A stretch of 64,000 bases of DNA, taken from assembly GCA_963716935.1 (NCBI GenBank), contig CAVQUN010000002.1, forward strand, positions 1,733 to 65,732, given 5' to 3'. This DNA is from an uncultured Actinomycetes bacterium (GTDB lineage: Bacteria > Actinomycetota > UBA4738 > HRBIN12). The notes under the pieces were generated by a model that made no database searches, was not told where the DNA came from, and saw only the letters and a program-made list of their open reading frames with translations. Below, piece after piece: positions 19,324-28,500 of the stretch (position 1 is the first letter of the stretch; each line of letters starts with the position of its first letter). The translations under genes and the position numbers were made by a program.

Positions 19324-19632
19324 CTACGGGACCCTGGCGACGTGGCCAGCTGAGCCCAACGGCGACGCGGCGGCGCCAATCCGGGCGAACGTAAGCTTCA
19401 ACGCAGCCTCCCCGCCGGACTTCAGGAATGCGACATCCCCGTCCCCGGTAATCGAGAGCGACACCTCGATGCCCTGGAGAAATCCGGTTCTGTCCTCCTC
19501 CAGCACGGTGCTGATCGACTTGCAGATGGGAATCAACTCGCGCGCCATACGCGCCGGGTGGACCTCACCGCCAGGCACCTTGACGACCGTGCCGGACGTT
19601 GAGAGCTGCTGTAGCGGATACGAGTTGTCCAT
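19324..19632 (-). CDS. Hypothetical protein (island cargo)
   Basis: 102 aa with non-repetitive composition. GC3 is lower than in core genes, consistent with foreign origin. Confidence 0.4.
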   Translation of the reverse strand: MDNSYPLQQLSTSGTVVKVPGGEVHPARMARELIPICKSISTVLEEDRTGFLQGIEVSLSITGDGDVAFLKSGGEAALKLTFARIGAAASPLGSAGHVARVP

Positions 19633-20137
19633 CCGTTCCCTCCTAGATAGGCCGCCTGTGTCAGGGGGACGACCGCTGCGTCCGAGCCTTCGGCATCGGA
19701 CTCACGCTTGCCAGCCGCCCGTACGGCCCACAGCATCTTCATGGCAGGAGCTGCTCCGCGCTTGGCATCTCCGGCCTGGCCCGACGAGAGCGCGACGTCC
19801 TCGAGCGGGCCATCCGGCCCGTGAGTGAGCAGTCGGCCAAGGCCGACGCGCTCGTCGACGAGGCCATAGAGGTTGGCTTCGACGGGTCCCATCCGGTCAG
19901 GGTTCAGGCGAAGATGCTGCGACCCGAGTTGGCGGGAGCCACCGGCTGAAATGCCCGGTCGACGATCAGACCCTCTCCAGCGCCGCCACCAGGTGCATCG
20001 GCGCCGGCTCGTCCTCCTCGAGGTCGATGTGAATGTCTCGGCGAGCCACACCGTGTCCTCACGCTGGTGCAGACGATCGATCAGCGCGGAACGGTCGGCG
20101 TCGGGCCGCGTGAGAGTGTCGAGAAACTCCCAGCTCG

Positions 20138-20917
20138 ATGATGGCGGAAACCATCCGAGTCGAGACTCGACGCGTAGACCTTGCTAGAAGTCGGACGCAG
20201 CTCGGGATGCCGCTGTTGACGATGCAGAACGGCCCAGCGCGATCGGCCACGATGCCGACGCAAAGTGAGTCACGGACGTGGGCCGAAGTGGCCCTCGTAT
20301 GTGGCGTCGTCGCCGTGGTGGCGTACTCGCTGATCTCTGCGGTCTCGCTAGCGCTCGTCCCCGCCGTCGTCGTCGTTTGCGTATTCGGACCAGCGTTGGC
20401 CGCGGCCTCTGCTGGTCTGTACGAAGTCCTCCGTCTCCACCGGTCGACCGTCAGCCTGAAGATCGGGATCGTCGCCAACATCGCGGCCGCCGTCACGATC
20501 ACGATGACGCTGCTGGCTCAGCTCGCCTTCAAGCGGTGGCTCGAGCTTGAGTTCCCAGGGGTCATCGGCGCCGGGTCCTCCTCGCCCGCCTACCAGGCGG
20601 CCAATGGGCTCCAGCTCGGTCTCGACGTCGCGTGGGATCTGTTCCTTTCGCTCGGCACGTTCCTCATCGCCTTCAACATGTGGAGCCACCCGCGCTTCGG
20701 ACGCGGCTTCGCGATCAGCGGCGAGCTGATCGCCGTGCTGCTCTTGAGCTTCAACATCGGAACCTTTCCAGAGCCTCCGGGAGATACGAGCCTGATCGAT
20801 ATCGGACCACTCGTCGGGCTCTGGTACCTGGCGGTGGCGATCCGCATAGGGCTGTCGCTGAGGTGGGTCGATAGGGAGGCGGCTCGGGAGTTCGGCGAGT
20901 ACGGCCAAGCTCCTTGA
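20138..20917 (+). CDS. Hypothetical polytopic membrane protein (island cargo)
   Basis: Five to six hydrophobic helices. The true start is probably an internal Met. Confidence 0.5.
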   Translation: MMAETIRVETRRVDLARSRTQLGMPLLTMQNGPARSATMPTQSESRTWAEVALVCGVVAVVAYSLISAVSLALVPAVVVVCVFGPALAAASAGLYEVLRLHRSTVSLKIGIVANIAAAVTITMTLLAQLAFKRWLELEFPGVIGAGSSSPAYQAANGLQLGLDVAWDLFLSLGTFLIAFNMWSHPRFGRGFAISGELIAVLLLSFNIGTFPEPPGDTSLIDIGPLVGLWYLAVAIRIGLSLRWVDREAAREFGEYGQAP

Positions 20918-21703
20918 TCAGCGCCCAGCATTCGTCACCACCTGGCCGGTAGCCCCATGCGACCTTCGGCATCAGGCCCCACATCGCAGAGGCGAAGGAC
21001 TCGGCTACTGCCAGGTGTGAAGCGCGACCTCGAAGCGGGAGTCCGAGACGTTCGTCCTCGACTGCTCCGCACCGGCCAGACCGTCTACTAGGTGGCGGGC
21101 CTGGTGTGTCGCCCGGTCATTGGGCGCACCGGGAGCCCGCGGCGCACGGCGAGCCGGCGGTCTAGCGCTTGCGTAGCCTGGGGGGGCTATCTCGACCCAC
21201 AACGAGGAGGAGCCGTGAAATCGGCGCTAAGGGCTCGCCAGCCCTGCCTTCCGCAATCGCGAGCAGGCGGACCGATGTAGCATGCGTCGACATGGGTGAG
21301 GTTTCGCGCGGCGGACCCGCTCCGATCCATTCCCAGGCCGGTGAGCTCGCCGAGGAGGAGCGGCAGCGAGAGCTCCTCGAGAAGGGCGAGCACGAGCGGC
21401 TCGCTCATGAGATGTCCAGGAGCTCTCGGCCGTGGTGGAGGTTCTGGAGCCGACAGAAGCACTGAGCAGCACGCATCTCGGTCGGCCCATAGGCGCCGGT
21501 CCCGGTGACCCGGCGGCGCAGATAGGGGGAGCGACCGCATAGCTCATCCGTGGAACTACGGAGGCGGCGAGGTCCGGATGCGGAGGGCGCCCGTTCCCCT
21601 CTACTCGCCCTCGCCGGCCACCCGGAGCATCGAGCGAAGCATCGTGCCAGTCACGAGGCCCGATGAAGGCCAAAGAGGGCCGCTCACCTGCGGTTTCGGC
21701 TTC

Positions 21704-21751
21704 GTAGTCCCAACGGGGTTCGAAGCCGTGTCTCCACCTTGAGAGGGTGGT
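21704..21751 (-). repeat. tRNA-Glu 3'-end fragment (about 48 nt, one mismatch GAAGCC)
   Basis: GTAGTCCCAACGGGGTTCGAAGCCGTGTCTCCACCTTGAGAGGGTGGT. Confidence 0.8.
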
Positions 21752-21913
21752 CGCTGCGAGCAGCTGGGAGAGCCCAGTAGTCGTTTGACCTGCGAAAACC
21801 ATATTTGGCGAGTACTGCCAAGTGCTGTATCGCACCGTCTCCGACTCGCGCAAGAGCGGTCGACGCTGCCGAAGACTACGCCCCAGAAGGCATCATCGTG
21901 GCATCAGGCGGGG

Positions 21914-21942
21914 TTGACATGGCATCAGAGTGATGCCATCAT
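21914..21942 (+). promoter_or_regulatory. Promoter -35 (TTGACA) overlapped by a perfect 9-3-9 inverted repeat ATGGCATCA-GAG-TGATGCCAT; candidate RHH operator
   Basis: Seen directly, 7-30 nt upstream of the ATG at 21949 (a leaderless or short-leader transcript). Confidence 0.55.
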
Positions 21943-21948
21943 GCTGCC

Positions 21949-22476
21949 ATGAACCTCTCACCGTTCATCGAGAGCATCCATCGGCAGCTCGAGGCATCCG
22001 CGGAGGCCGGCGGCGAGGACGCCCGGCTCTTCGTGGAGCGCCTCCTCGCACCGCTCGACGCGTCGATCCGCCTGTCGTTGCAGGACGCGCTGGCGGCCGC
22101 GGCGGAGGAGATCACGGTCGAGCTGGCGCCGGGCTCGGTCGAGCTGCGCCTTCGCGGCCGCGATCCGGAGTTCGTGGTGACCCCGCCCCCGAACGATCCA
22201 TCCGTCGAGGAGGTCGGGGAGGGGGACGACGCGCCGGCGTGGCCAGACGTGGTGCGGACCTCGGAGGGCGACGAGGGTGCCGTCTCCCGGATCAACCTTC
22301 GCCTGCCCGAGCACCTGAAGTCGCGGATCGAGCGCGCGGCGGCGGACGAGGGACTGTCCGTGAACTCGTGGCTCGTCCGGGCCGCCGCCGCCGCGATCGA
22401 ACGGACGGATGCGCCGCGGCGACGCGAACGGCGAACGCCGCACGGCGCCCAGCGATACACGGGCTGGGCGCGCTAG
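21949..22476 (+). CDS. Ribbon-helix-helix (Arc/CopG/HicB-antitoxin-like) DNA-binding protein with acidic N-terminal region
   Basis: C-terminal RINLRLPEHLKSRIERAAADEGLSVNSWLVRAAAAAIE is a classic RHH. Confidence 0.6.
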   Translation: MNLSPFIESIHRQLEASAEAGGEDARLFVERLLAPLDASIRLSLQDALAAAAEEITVELAPGSVELRLRGRDPEFVVTPPPNDPSVEEVGEGDDAPAWPDVVRTSEGDEGAVSRINLRLPEHLKSRIERAAADEGLSVNSWLVRAAAAAIERTDAPRRRERRTPHGAQRYTGWAR

Positions 22477-22492
22477 CCGAAAGGAGCAACCC

Positions 22493-23380
22493 ATGCAGAC
22501 CTTCGAAACCCCCGAACCCATCGCCGTCACCATGGAGCTCGGCGTCGGCGACGTTCGGATCGCCGCGACCGACCGAGCCGACACGAGGGTCGACGTGCGC
22601 CCGAGCGACCCGTCGAAGCGATCCGACGTGATCGCCGCCGAGCAGACCAGGGTCGAGTACGCGAACGGCCGGCTCCTGGTTCGCGCCCCCAAGGGCTGGC
22701 GGCAGTGGAGCCCGCTCGGCCCACGGGGCGGTCACGAATCGATCGAGGTGGAGATCGACCTTCCCGCCGGCTCCAGCCTCTCGGGTCAGGCAGGCGTGGG
22801 AGCGATCCGCTGCACGGGTCGCATCGGCGTATGCCGATTCCGCGTCGGCGTCGGGGACATCCGGGTCGAAGAGGCCGGCTCGGTCGAGCTCAAGACCGGC
22901 GCCGGGGACGTGGTCCTCGACCGGATCGACGGCAACGCCGAGGTCACGACGGGATCCGGCTCCGTCGGGATCGCGAGCGTCGCCGGACGGGTGATCGTCA
23001 AGAACGGCAACGGCGAGACGTGGGTCGGCGAGGTCACGGGCGAGGCGCGGGTGAACGCGGCCAACGGCAGGATCTCGATCGATCGCGCACACGCCGGGGT
23101 GGTCGCCAAGACCGCCAACGGCGACGTCTGTCTGGGCCAGGTGGAACGCGGCGCCGTGGTCGCGCAGAGCGCGTTCGGCAGCGTCGAGGTCGGCGTGCAC
23201 GATCGCGTCCCCGTCTGGCTGGATCTCGACACGAAGTTCGGCACCGTGCACAACGACCTGGATGCGGCCGACCGTCCCGGACCGAGCGAGGACGTGGTCG
23301 AGGTGCACGCCCAGACGTCCATGGGCGACATCACGATCCACCGCTCGGCGGAGGCCGACGCCGGGAAGGACCGGTCATGA
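22493..23380 (+). CDS. DUF4097 (putative adhesin-like beta-strand repeat) family protein
   Basis: RBS AAAGGAG. Repeated GDVxV...GxVxVxTxxGDI beta-repeat pattern. 295 aa. Confidence 0.65.
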   Translation: MQTFETPEPIAVTMELGVGDVRIAATDRADTRVDVRPSDPSKRSDVIAAEQTRVEYANGRLLVRAPKGWRQWSPLGPRGGHESIEVEIDLPAGSSLSGQAGVGAIRCTGRIGVCRFRVGVGDIRVEEAGSVELKTGAGDVVLDRIDGNAEVTTGSGSVGIASVAGRVIVKNGNGETWVGEVTGEARVNAANGRISIDRAHAGVVAKTANGDVCLGQVERGAVVAQSAFGSVEVGVHDRVPVWLDLDTKFGTVHNDLDAADRPGPSEDVVEVHAQTSMGDITIHRSAEADAGKDRS

Positions 23381-24336
23381 CCACCACCATCGATCTCCCC
23401 GCAATGACGGCGACGGGACTCCGCAAGTCGTTCGGAGACACGGTGGCCCTCGACGGCATCGACCTGAGCGTCGCGCAGGGCACGATCTTCGCGCTGCTCG
23501 GGCCGAACGGCGCCGGGAAGACCACGACCGTACAGATCCTGTCCACGCTGATCGGCGCCGACGCGGGAGAGGTTCTCGTGGCGGGCCACGACCCGGTCCG
23601 CGAGCCCGATGCGGTTCGGGGCGTGATCGGCGTCACCGGCCAGTTCGTCGCCGTGGACACGCTCCTCACGGGCGAGGAGAACCTGACGCTCATGGCCGAC
23701 CTCCATCACCTCGGGAGGATCGAAGGCAGGCGTGTCACGGCGGAGTTGCTCGACCGTCTCGACATGGTGGAGGAGGCGGGCAGGTCGGCTTCGACCTATT
23801 CGGGCGGTGAGCGTCGACGGCTCGACCTCGCGATGACCCTGGTCGGCGACCCTCGGATCATCTTCCTCGACGAGCCGACCACCGGCCTGGACCCTCGCAG
23901 CCGCCGCACGATGTGGCGGATCATCCGTGGGCTCGCCGCCGACGGGGTCACGATCTTCCTGACGACGCACTACCTGGAGGAGGCGGATCAGCTGGCGGAT
24001 CGGGTCGCGGTGCTCGACCGGGGGAGGATCGTCGCCGAAGGAACGCCCGACGAGCTCAAGCGCCTCATCCCCGGCGCGCACGTCCGGCTGCAGTTCGCGG
24101 ATCCGCGGGCCCTGGAGTCGGCCGCCGCGATCATCCCGGGATCCGCGCGCGACGAGGACGGCCTCGTCCTGAGGGTTCCGAGCGACGCCGACGTCCAATC
24201 GCTCCACGACCTCCTCGATCGCCTCGTCGCGGCATCGATCGAGGTCGAGAGCTTCTCGGTCCACACACCCGACCTGGACGACGTCTTCCTCACCCTCACC
24301 GGTGAGCCCGACACGGAAAGGACCGTCTCGTCATGA
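23377..24336 (+). CDS. ABC transporter ATP-binding protein (DrrA-like exporter ATPase)
   Basis: ATGA overlap with the upstream gene. GPNGAGKTTT, YSGGERRRLDLA, IIFLDEPTTGLD. Confidence 0.9.
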   Translation: MTTTIDLPAMTATGLRKSFGDTVALDGIDLSVAQGTIFALLGPNGAGKTTTVQILSTLIGADAGEVLVAGHDPVREPDAVRGVIGVTGQFVAVDTLLTGEENLTLMADLHHLGRIEGRRVTAELLDRLDMVEEAGRSASTYSGGERRRLDLAMTLVGDPRIIFLDEPTTGLDPRSRRTMWRIIRGLAADGVTIFLTTHYLEEADQLADRVAVLDRGRIVAEGTPDELKRLIPGAHVRLQFADPRALESAAAIIPGSARDEDGLVLRVPSDADVQSLHDLLDRLVAASIEVESFSVHTPDLDDVFLTLTGEPDTERTVSS

Positions 24337-25124
24337 GCACCCTCGCCTATGCCCTCAGCGATTCGAAGACGATGCTGTGGCGGAACCTGCGACACGCGTT
24401 GCGTTACCCGGCGGTCACTTTCGTGGTGGCCGGGATCCCCATCGTGATCCTGCTCCTGTTCGTGTACGTGTTCGGCGGCACGCTCGGCGCGGGGCTCGGA
24501 ATGGTCTCGGGAGACCGTGGGGCGTACGTCGACTACGTCGTTCCGGGCATCCTGCTCATGGCCGTCGCGGGCGCGTCGCAGGGGACCGCGATCTCGGTTT
24601 CGATGGACATGACCGAGGGCATCATCGCCCGCTTCCGCACGATGGGAATCACGCGCGCCTCGGTGCTGACCGGTCACGTCCTCGGCAGCACGATCCAGAC
24701 GATGATCGGGTTGGCCGCCGTGATCGGCGTGGCCTTCGTGGTCGGGTTCCGGCCCACCGCTTCACCGGTCGAGTGGATCGCGGCGGCCGGCGTGCTCCTA
24801 ATGGCGACGCTGGCGATCACGTGGCTGGCGGTCGCGCTCGGCCTGTACCCGAAGACCGTGGAGGCGGCGAGCAACCTCCCCATGCCGCTGATCCTCCTGC
24901 CCTTCCTGAGCAGCGGCTTCGTCCCCACCGGGTCGATGCCGGCCGGGGTCGCATGGTTCGCCGAGCACCAGCCGTTCACGCCGATCATCGAGACGCTGCG
25001 CGGGCTGCTCCTCGGCACGGCGATCGGCAACAGCGCTCTACTGGCGATCGCCTGGTGCGTCGGGATCGCGCTGATCAGCTACCGGTGGGCCCTGAAGCTG
25101 TACAACCGCGAGCGCTCTCGCTAG
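24333..25124 (+). CDS. ABC-2 type exporter permease (DrrB-like)
   Basis: 263 aa, six TM segments. ATGA overlap with the ATPase gene. Confidence 0.85.
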   Translation: MSTLAYALSDSKTMLWRNLRHALRYPAVTFVVAGIPIVILLLFVYVFGGTLGAGLGMVSGDRGAYVDYVVPGILLMAVAGASQGTAISVSMDMTEGIIARFRTMGITRASVLTGHVLGSTIQTMIGLAAVIGVAFVVGFRPTASPVEWIAAAGVLLMATLAITWLAVALGLYPKTVEAASNLPMPLILLPFLSSGFVPTGSMPAGVAWFAEHQPFTPIIETLRGLLLGTAIGNSALLAIAWCVGIALISYRWALKLYNRERSR

Positions 25125-25263
25125 CTGGTGCCGTTGGGGGCGTGCTCAGCACCTCCACATCGCCTGGGCCCACAGCCATCGACGAGCCCGCCGTCACCGC
25201 CGCGCTCGCGCTGCGAGAAGCGCTCTCCTGCTGGTCGGCACACCCTCAAAGCGCTCATTCCTC

Positions 25264-25286
25264 GTAGTCCCAACGGGGTTCGAACC
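25264..25286 (-). repeat. tRNA-Glu 3'-end fragment (short, about 23 nt)
   Basis: GTAGTCCCAACGGGGTTCGAACC, then diverges. Confidence 0.65.
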
Positions 25287-25500
25287 TCCTCACTCAGGCG
25301 CAGAAGTCTGTTCCTTCGGTCACGTGAGCGCTACTCCTCGCCATCTCGCTCCGTGCACGCCGTAGGTTCCCTACGGCGGCTGCGGGGTGCGGGCCTCCTG
25401 GTATGCCACGTAGACCCCACGGAGTAGGACGTTCGGCCTATAGCGCCGGCCGCGAGTCGGCGATGCTGAACCTTCGCACCGCGCATTAGGGGAGGGAGAG

Positions 25501-28500
25501 ATGAGGGGATCCAGGACGAGACTGCTAGGCCGTAGCACCGTCCTCGCGGTGACCGCGGCGCTCGCAGCGATCATCGCGGTCCCGGCCCTACCGGCGGCCG
25601 CCGACCAGCCGTGCCCGTGCAGCATCTGGGATCCGGCGACGACGACGCCGGGCATCATCGACAACGGCGTGGACTTCGGCCCGAACGAACTCGGGGTCAA
25701 GTTCCGGACGGACGCGGACGGGTTCGTGACCGGCGTCCGCTTCTACAAGGCCCCGGCCAACGGCGGCACGCACACCGGCAGCCTGTGGTCGGCCTCCGGT
25801 CAGGAGCTCGCCACGGCGACGTTCACGAACGAGACGACTTCCGGCTGGCAGGAGGTGACGTTCGGAGCGCCCGTCGCGATCAGCGCGAACACTACCTACG
25901 TCGCGTCGTACTTCGCCCCGCAGGGACACTATTCGTACGATGCCGCGTACTTCGCGTCGTCCGGCGTCGACAACCCCCCGGTCCACGCACTGCAGGACGG
26001 CGTCGACGGGGGCGACGGCGTGTACAACCCCGGCGCCCACGCGTTCCCGGGCCAGACCTTCAACTCCGCGAACTACTGGGTCGACGTCGTCTTCGCGACC
26101 GAGGCCCCGCTCGACACGACGCCGCCGACCGTGACCTCCACGGCTCCGCTGGCCGGCGCGACCGGCATCCCGGTCGGCTCGAACGTGAGGGCCACGTTCA
26201 GCGAGCCGATGGACGCCACCTCGATCGACGGCACCACGTTCGTCCTGCGCGACCCGACCAACGCGCCGGTGCCGGCGTCGGTGACCTACGACGACCCGAC
26301 GCGGACGGCGACGCTCGATCCCTCGGCTCCGCTCGATCCGCTGACGACCTACACGGCCACCGTCACCGGCGGGGGCTCGGGCGTGCAGGACGTGGCCGGC
26401 AATGCGCTCGAGAACGACGCTTCGTGGTCATTCACGACGGCGGGGCCGCCCCCGGACGAGGGTCCCGGGGGGCCGATCCTGGTCATCGCCCAGGCCTCCA
26501 ACCCGTTCGGCCGCTACTACGCCGAGATCCTTCGCACCGAGGGGTTCAACGAGTTCACCGTGACCGACCTGTCAACCGTGACGGCCGGCGTCCTGGCCGG
26601 GTACGACGTGGTCGTCCTCGGCGAGACGTCGCTCACGGGACCGCAGGTCTCCGTGCTGTCCGATTGGGTGAACGCCGGCGGGAACCTGATCGCGATGCGG
26701 CCCGACGGCGGGCTGGCGGGGCTGCTCGGCATCGCCGGCCCGGGATCCACGCTGTCGAACGCCTACCTGCGGGTCGAGACCTCGAGCGGGCCAGGAGTCG
26801 GCATTACGGATCAGACGATCCAGTTCCACGGGCCGGCGGACCTGTACGCGCTCAACGGCGCGACGAGCGTGGCCACGCTCTACAGCGACCCGACGACCGC
26901 GACCCCGAACCCGGCGGTGACGCTCGCGAGCGTTGGCTCGAACGGCGGGCAGGCCGCCGCGTTCGCCTACGACCTGGCGCGCTCGGTCGTGTACACGCGG
27001 CAGGGCAACCCGGCGTGGAGCGGCCAGGAGCGGGATGGGGTCTCGCCGATCCGGTCCGACGACCTGTTCTTCGGCAACGCGAGCGCTGATCCTCAACCCG
27101 ACTGGGTGAACCTGGAGAAGGTCGCGATTCCGCAGGCCGACGAGCAGCAGCGACTGCTCGCCAACCTCATCACCAGGATGGATCTCGACCGCAAGCCGCT
27201 GCCGAGATTCTGGTACTTCCCGCGCGGCGAGGACGCGGTCGTCGTCATGACCGGAGACGATCACGGGAGCGGGGGCACGGCCGGCCGGTTCGACCAGCAG
27301 ATCGCGCAGAGCCCGAACGGCTGCTCGGTCCAGGCCTGGGACTGCATCCGGTCGACCTCCTACGTCTACACGGGCCTGCCCCTGACGGACGCACAGGCCG
27401 CGAGCTACGTGTCACAGGGCTTCGAGGTCGCCCTGCACGTCGACACTGGGTGCGCCGACTGGACGCCTACGTCGCTGGAGCAGACCTACGCGAGTCAGCT
27501 CGCGGGCTGGGCAGCCAAGTTCACCAGCCTGCCCCCGCCGGCCACGAACAGAACGCACTGCATCGTGTGGAGCGACTACTCCACGCAGCCGCAGGTCGAG
27601 CTCGACCACGGGATCCGGCTCGACACGAACTACTACTACTGGCCGCCCAGCTGGATCCAGGACCGCCCCGGCTTCTTCACCGGATCGGGGATGCCGATGC
27701 GGTTCGCCGACGCCGACGGCAACCTCATCGACGTCTACCAGGCCGTGACGCAGATGACCGACGAGTCCGGCCAGTCGTACCCGTTCACGATCGACACGCT
27801 GCTCGACCGGGCGACCGGCCCGCTCGGGTACTACGGCGCCTTCACTGCCAACATGCACACGGACAGCGCGAGCTCATCGGGCGCCGACGCGATCGTGAGC
27901 TCCGCGCTCGCCAACGGCGTGCCCGTGGTCTCCGCCCGCCAGATGCTCGAGTGGCTGGACGGACGCAACGCCTCCTCGTTCGGCTCGATCTCGTGGGACG
28001 GGAGTGCCCTGAGCTTCGGCGTCGCTGCCGCGACGGGATCCGGTGGCCTCCGCGGCATGGTCCCCACCGAGTCCACGGCGGGAGATTTGACCGGCATCAC
28101 CCGCGACGGGAGCCCGATCGGCTTCACCACCCGGACGGTCAAGGGGATCGAGTACGCGTTCTTCTCGGCGACCCAGGGCGCCTACGTGGCCTCGTACGCT
28201 CCCGACGCCACGGGCCCCGTCATCACGGATCGGTCGGCCGTCCCCGAGTCGACCACCGCCCTGATCACATGGACGACCGACGAGCCCTCGAGCTCGCGCG
28301 TCGACTACGGCACGTCGCAGGACCCCCTCACGAACAGCGAGTCCGCGTCAGCCCTCGTGACGGCCCACAGCATCCAGCTCACCGGACTCCAGCCGAGCAC
28401 GACCTACTACTTCCGGGTGCGCTCGACGGACGGGTCCACCAACGAGTCCACCTCGCCGCCCACCTCCGACCCGCCCGACAGCTTCATCACGACGGCGGCG

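Noticed and set aside
18111-19379. ORFs whose translations contain ...SRWRHGFEPRWDY... (18111-19379 -, 21227-21853 -, 32832-33086 -)
   Set aside because: The shared peptide is simply the translation of the repeated tRNA-Glu 3' fragment. These are not protein-coding.
19533-20051. ORF 19533-20051 - (172 aa)
   Set aside because: It overlaps 19324-19632 by about 100 nt, and its N-terminus is poly-Arg/Trp. At most a pseudogene fragment; not called.
21169-21465. ORF 21169-21465 + (98 aa) in the debris region of the distal module
   Set aside because: No domain or RBS, and it is overlapped by equally implausible frames. Treated as pseudogene debris.
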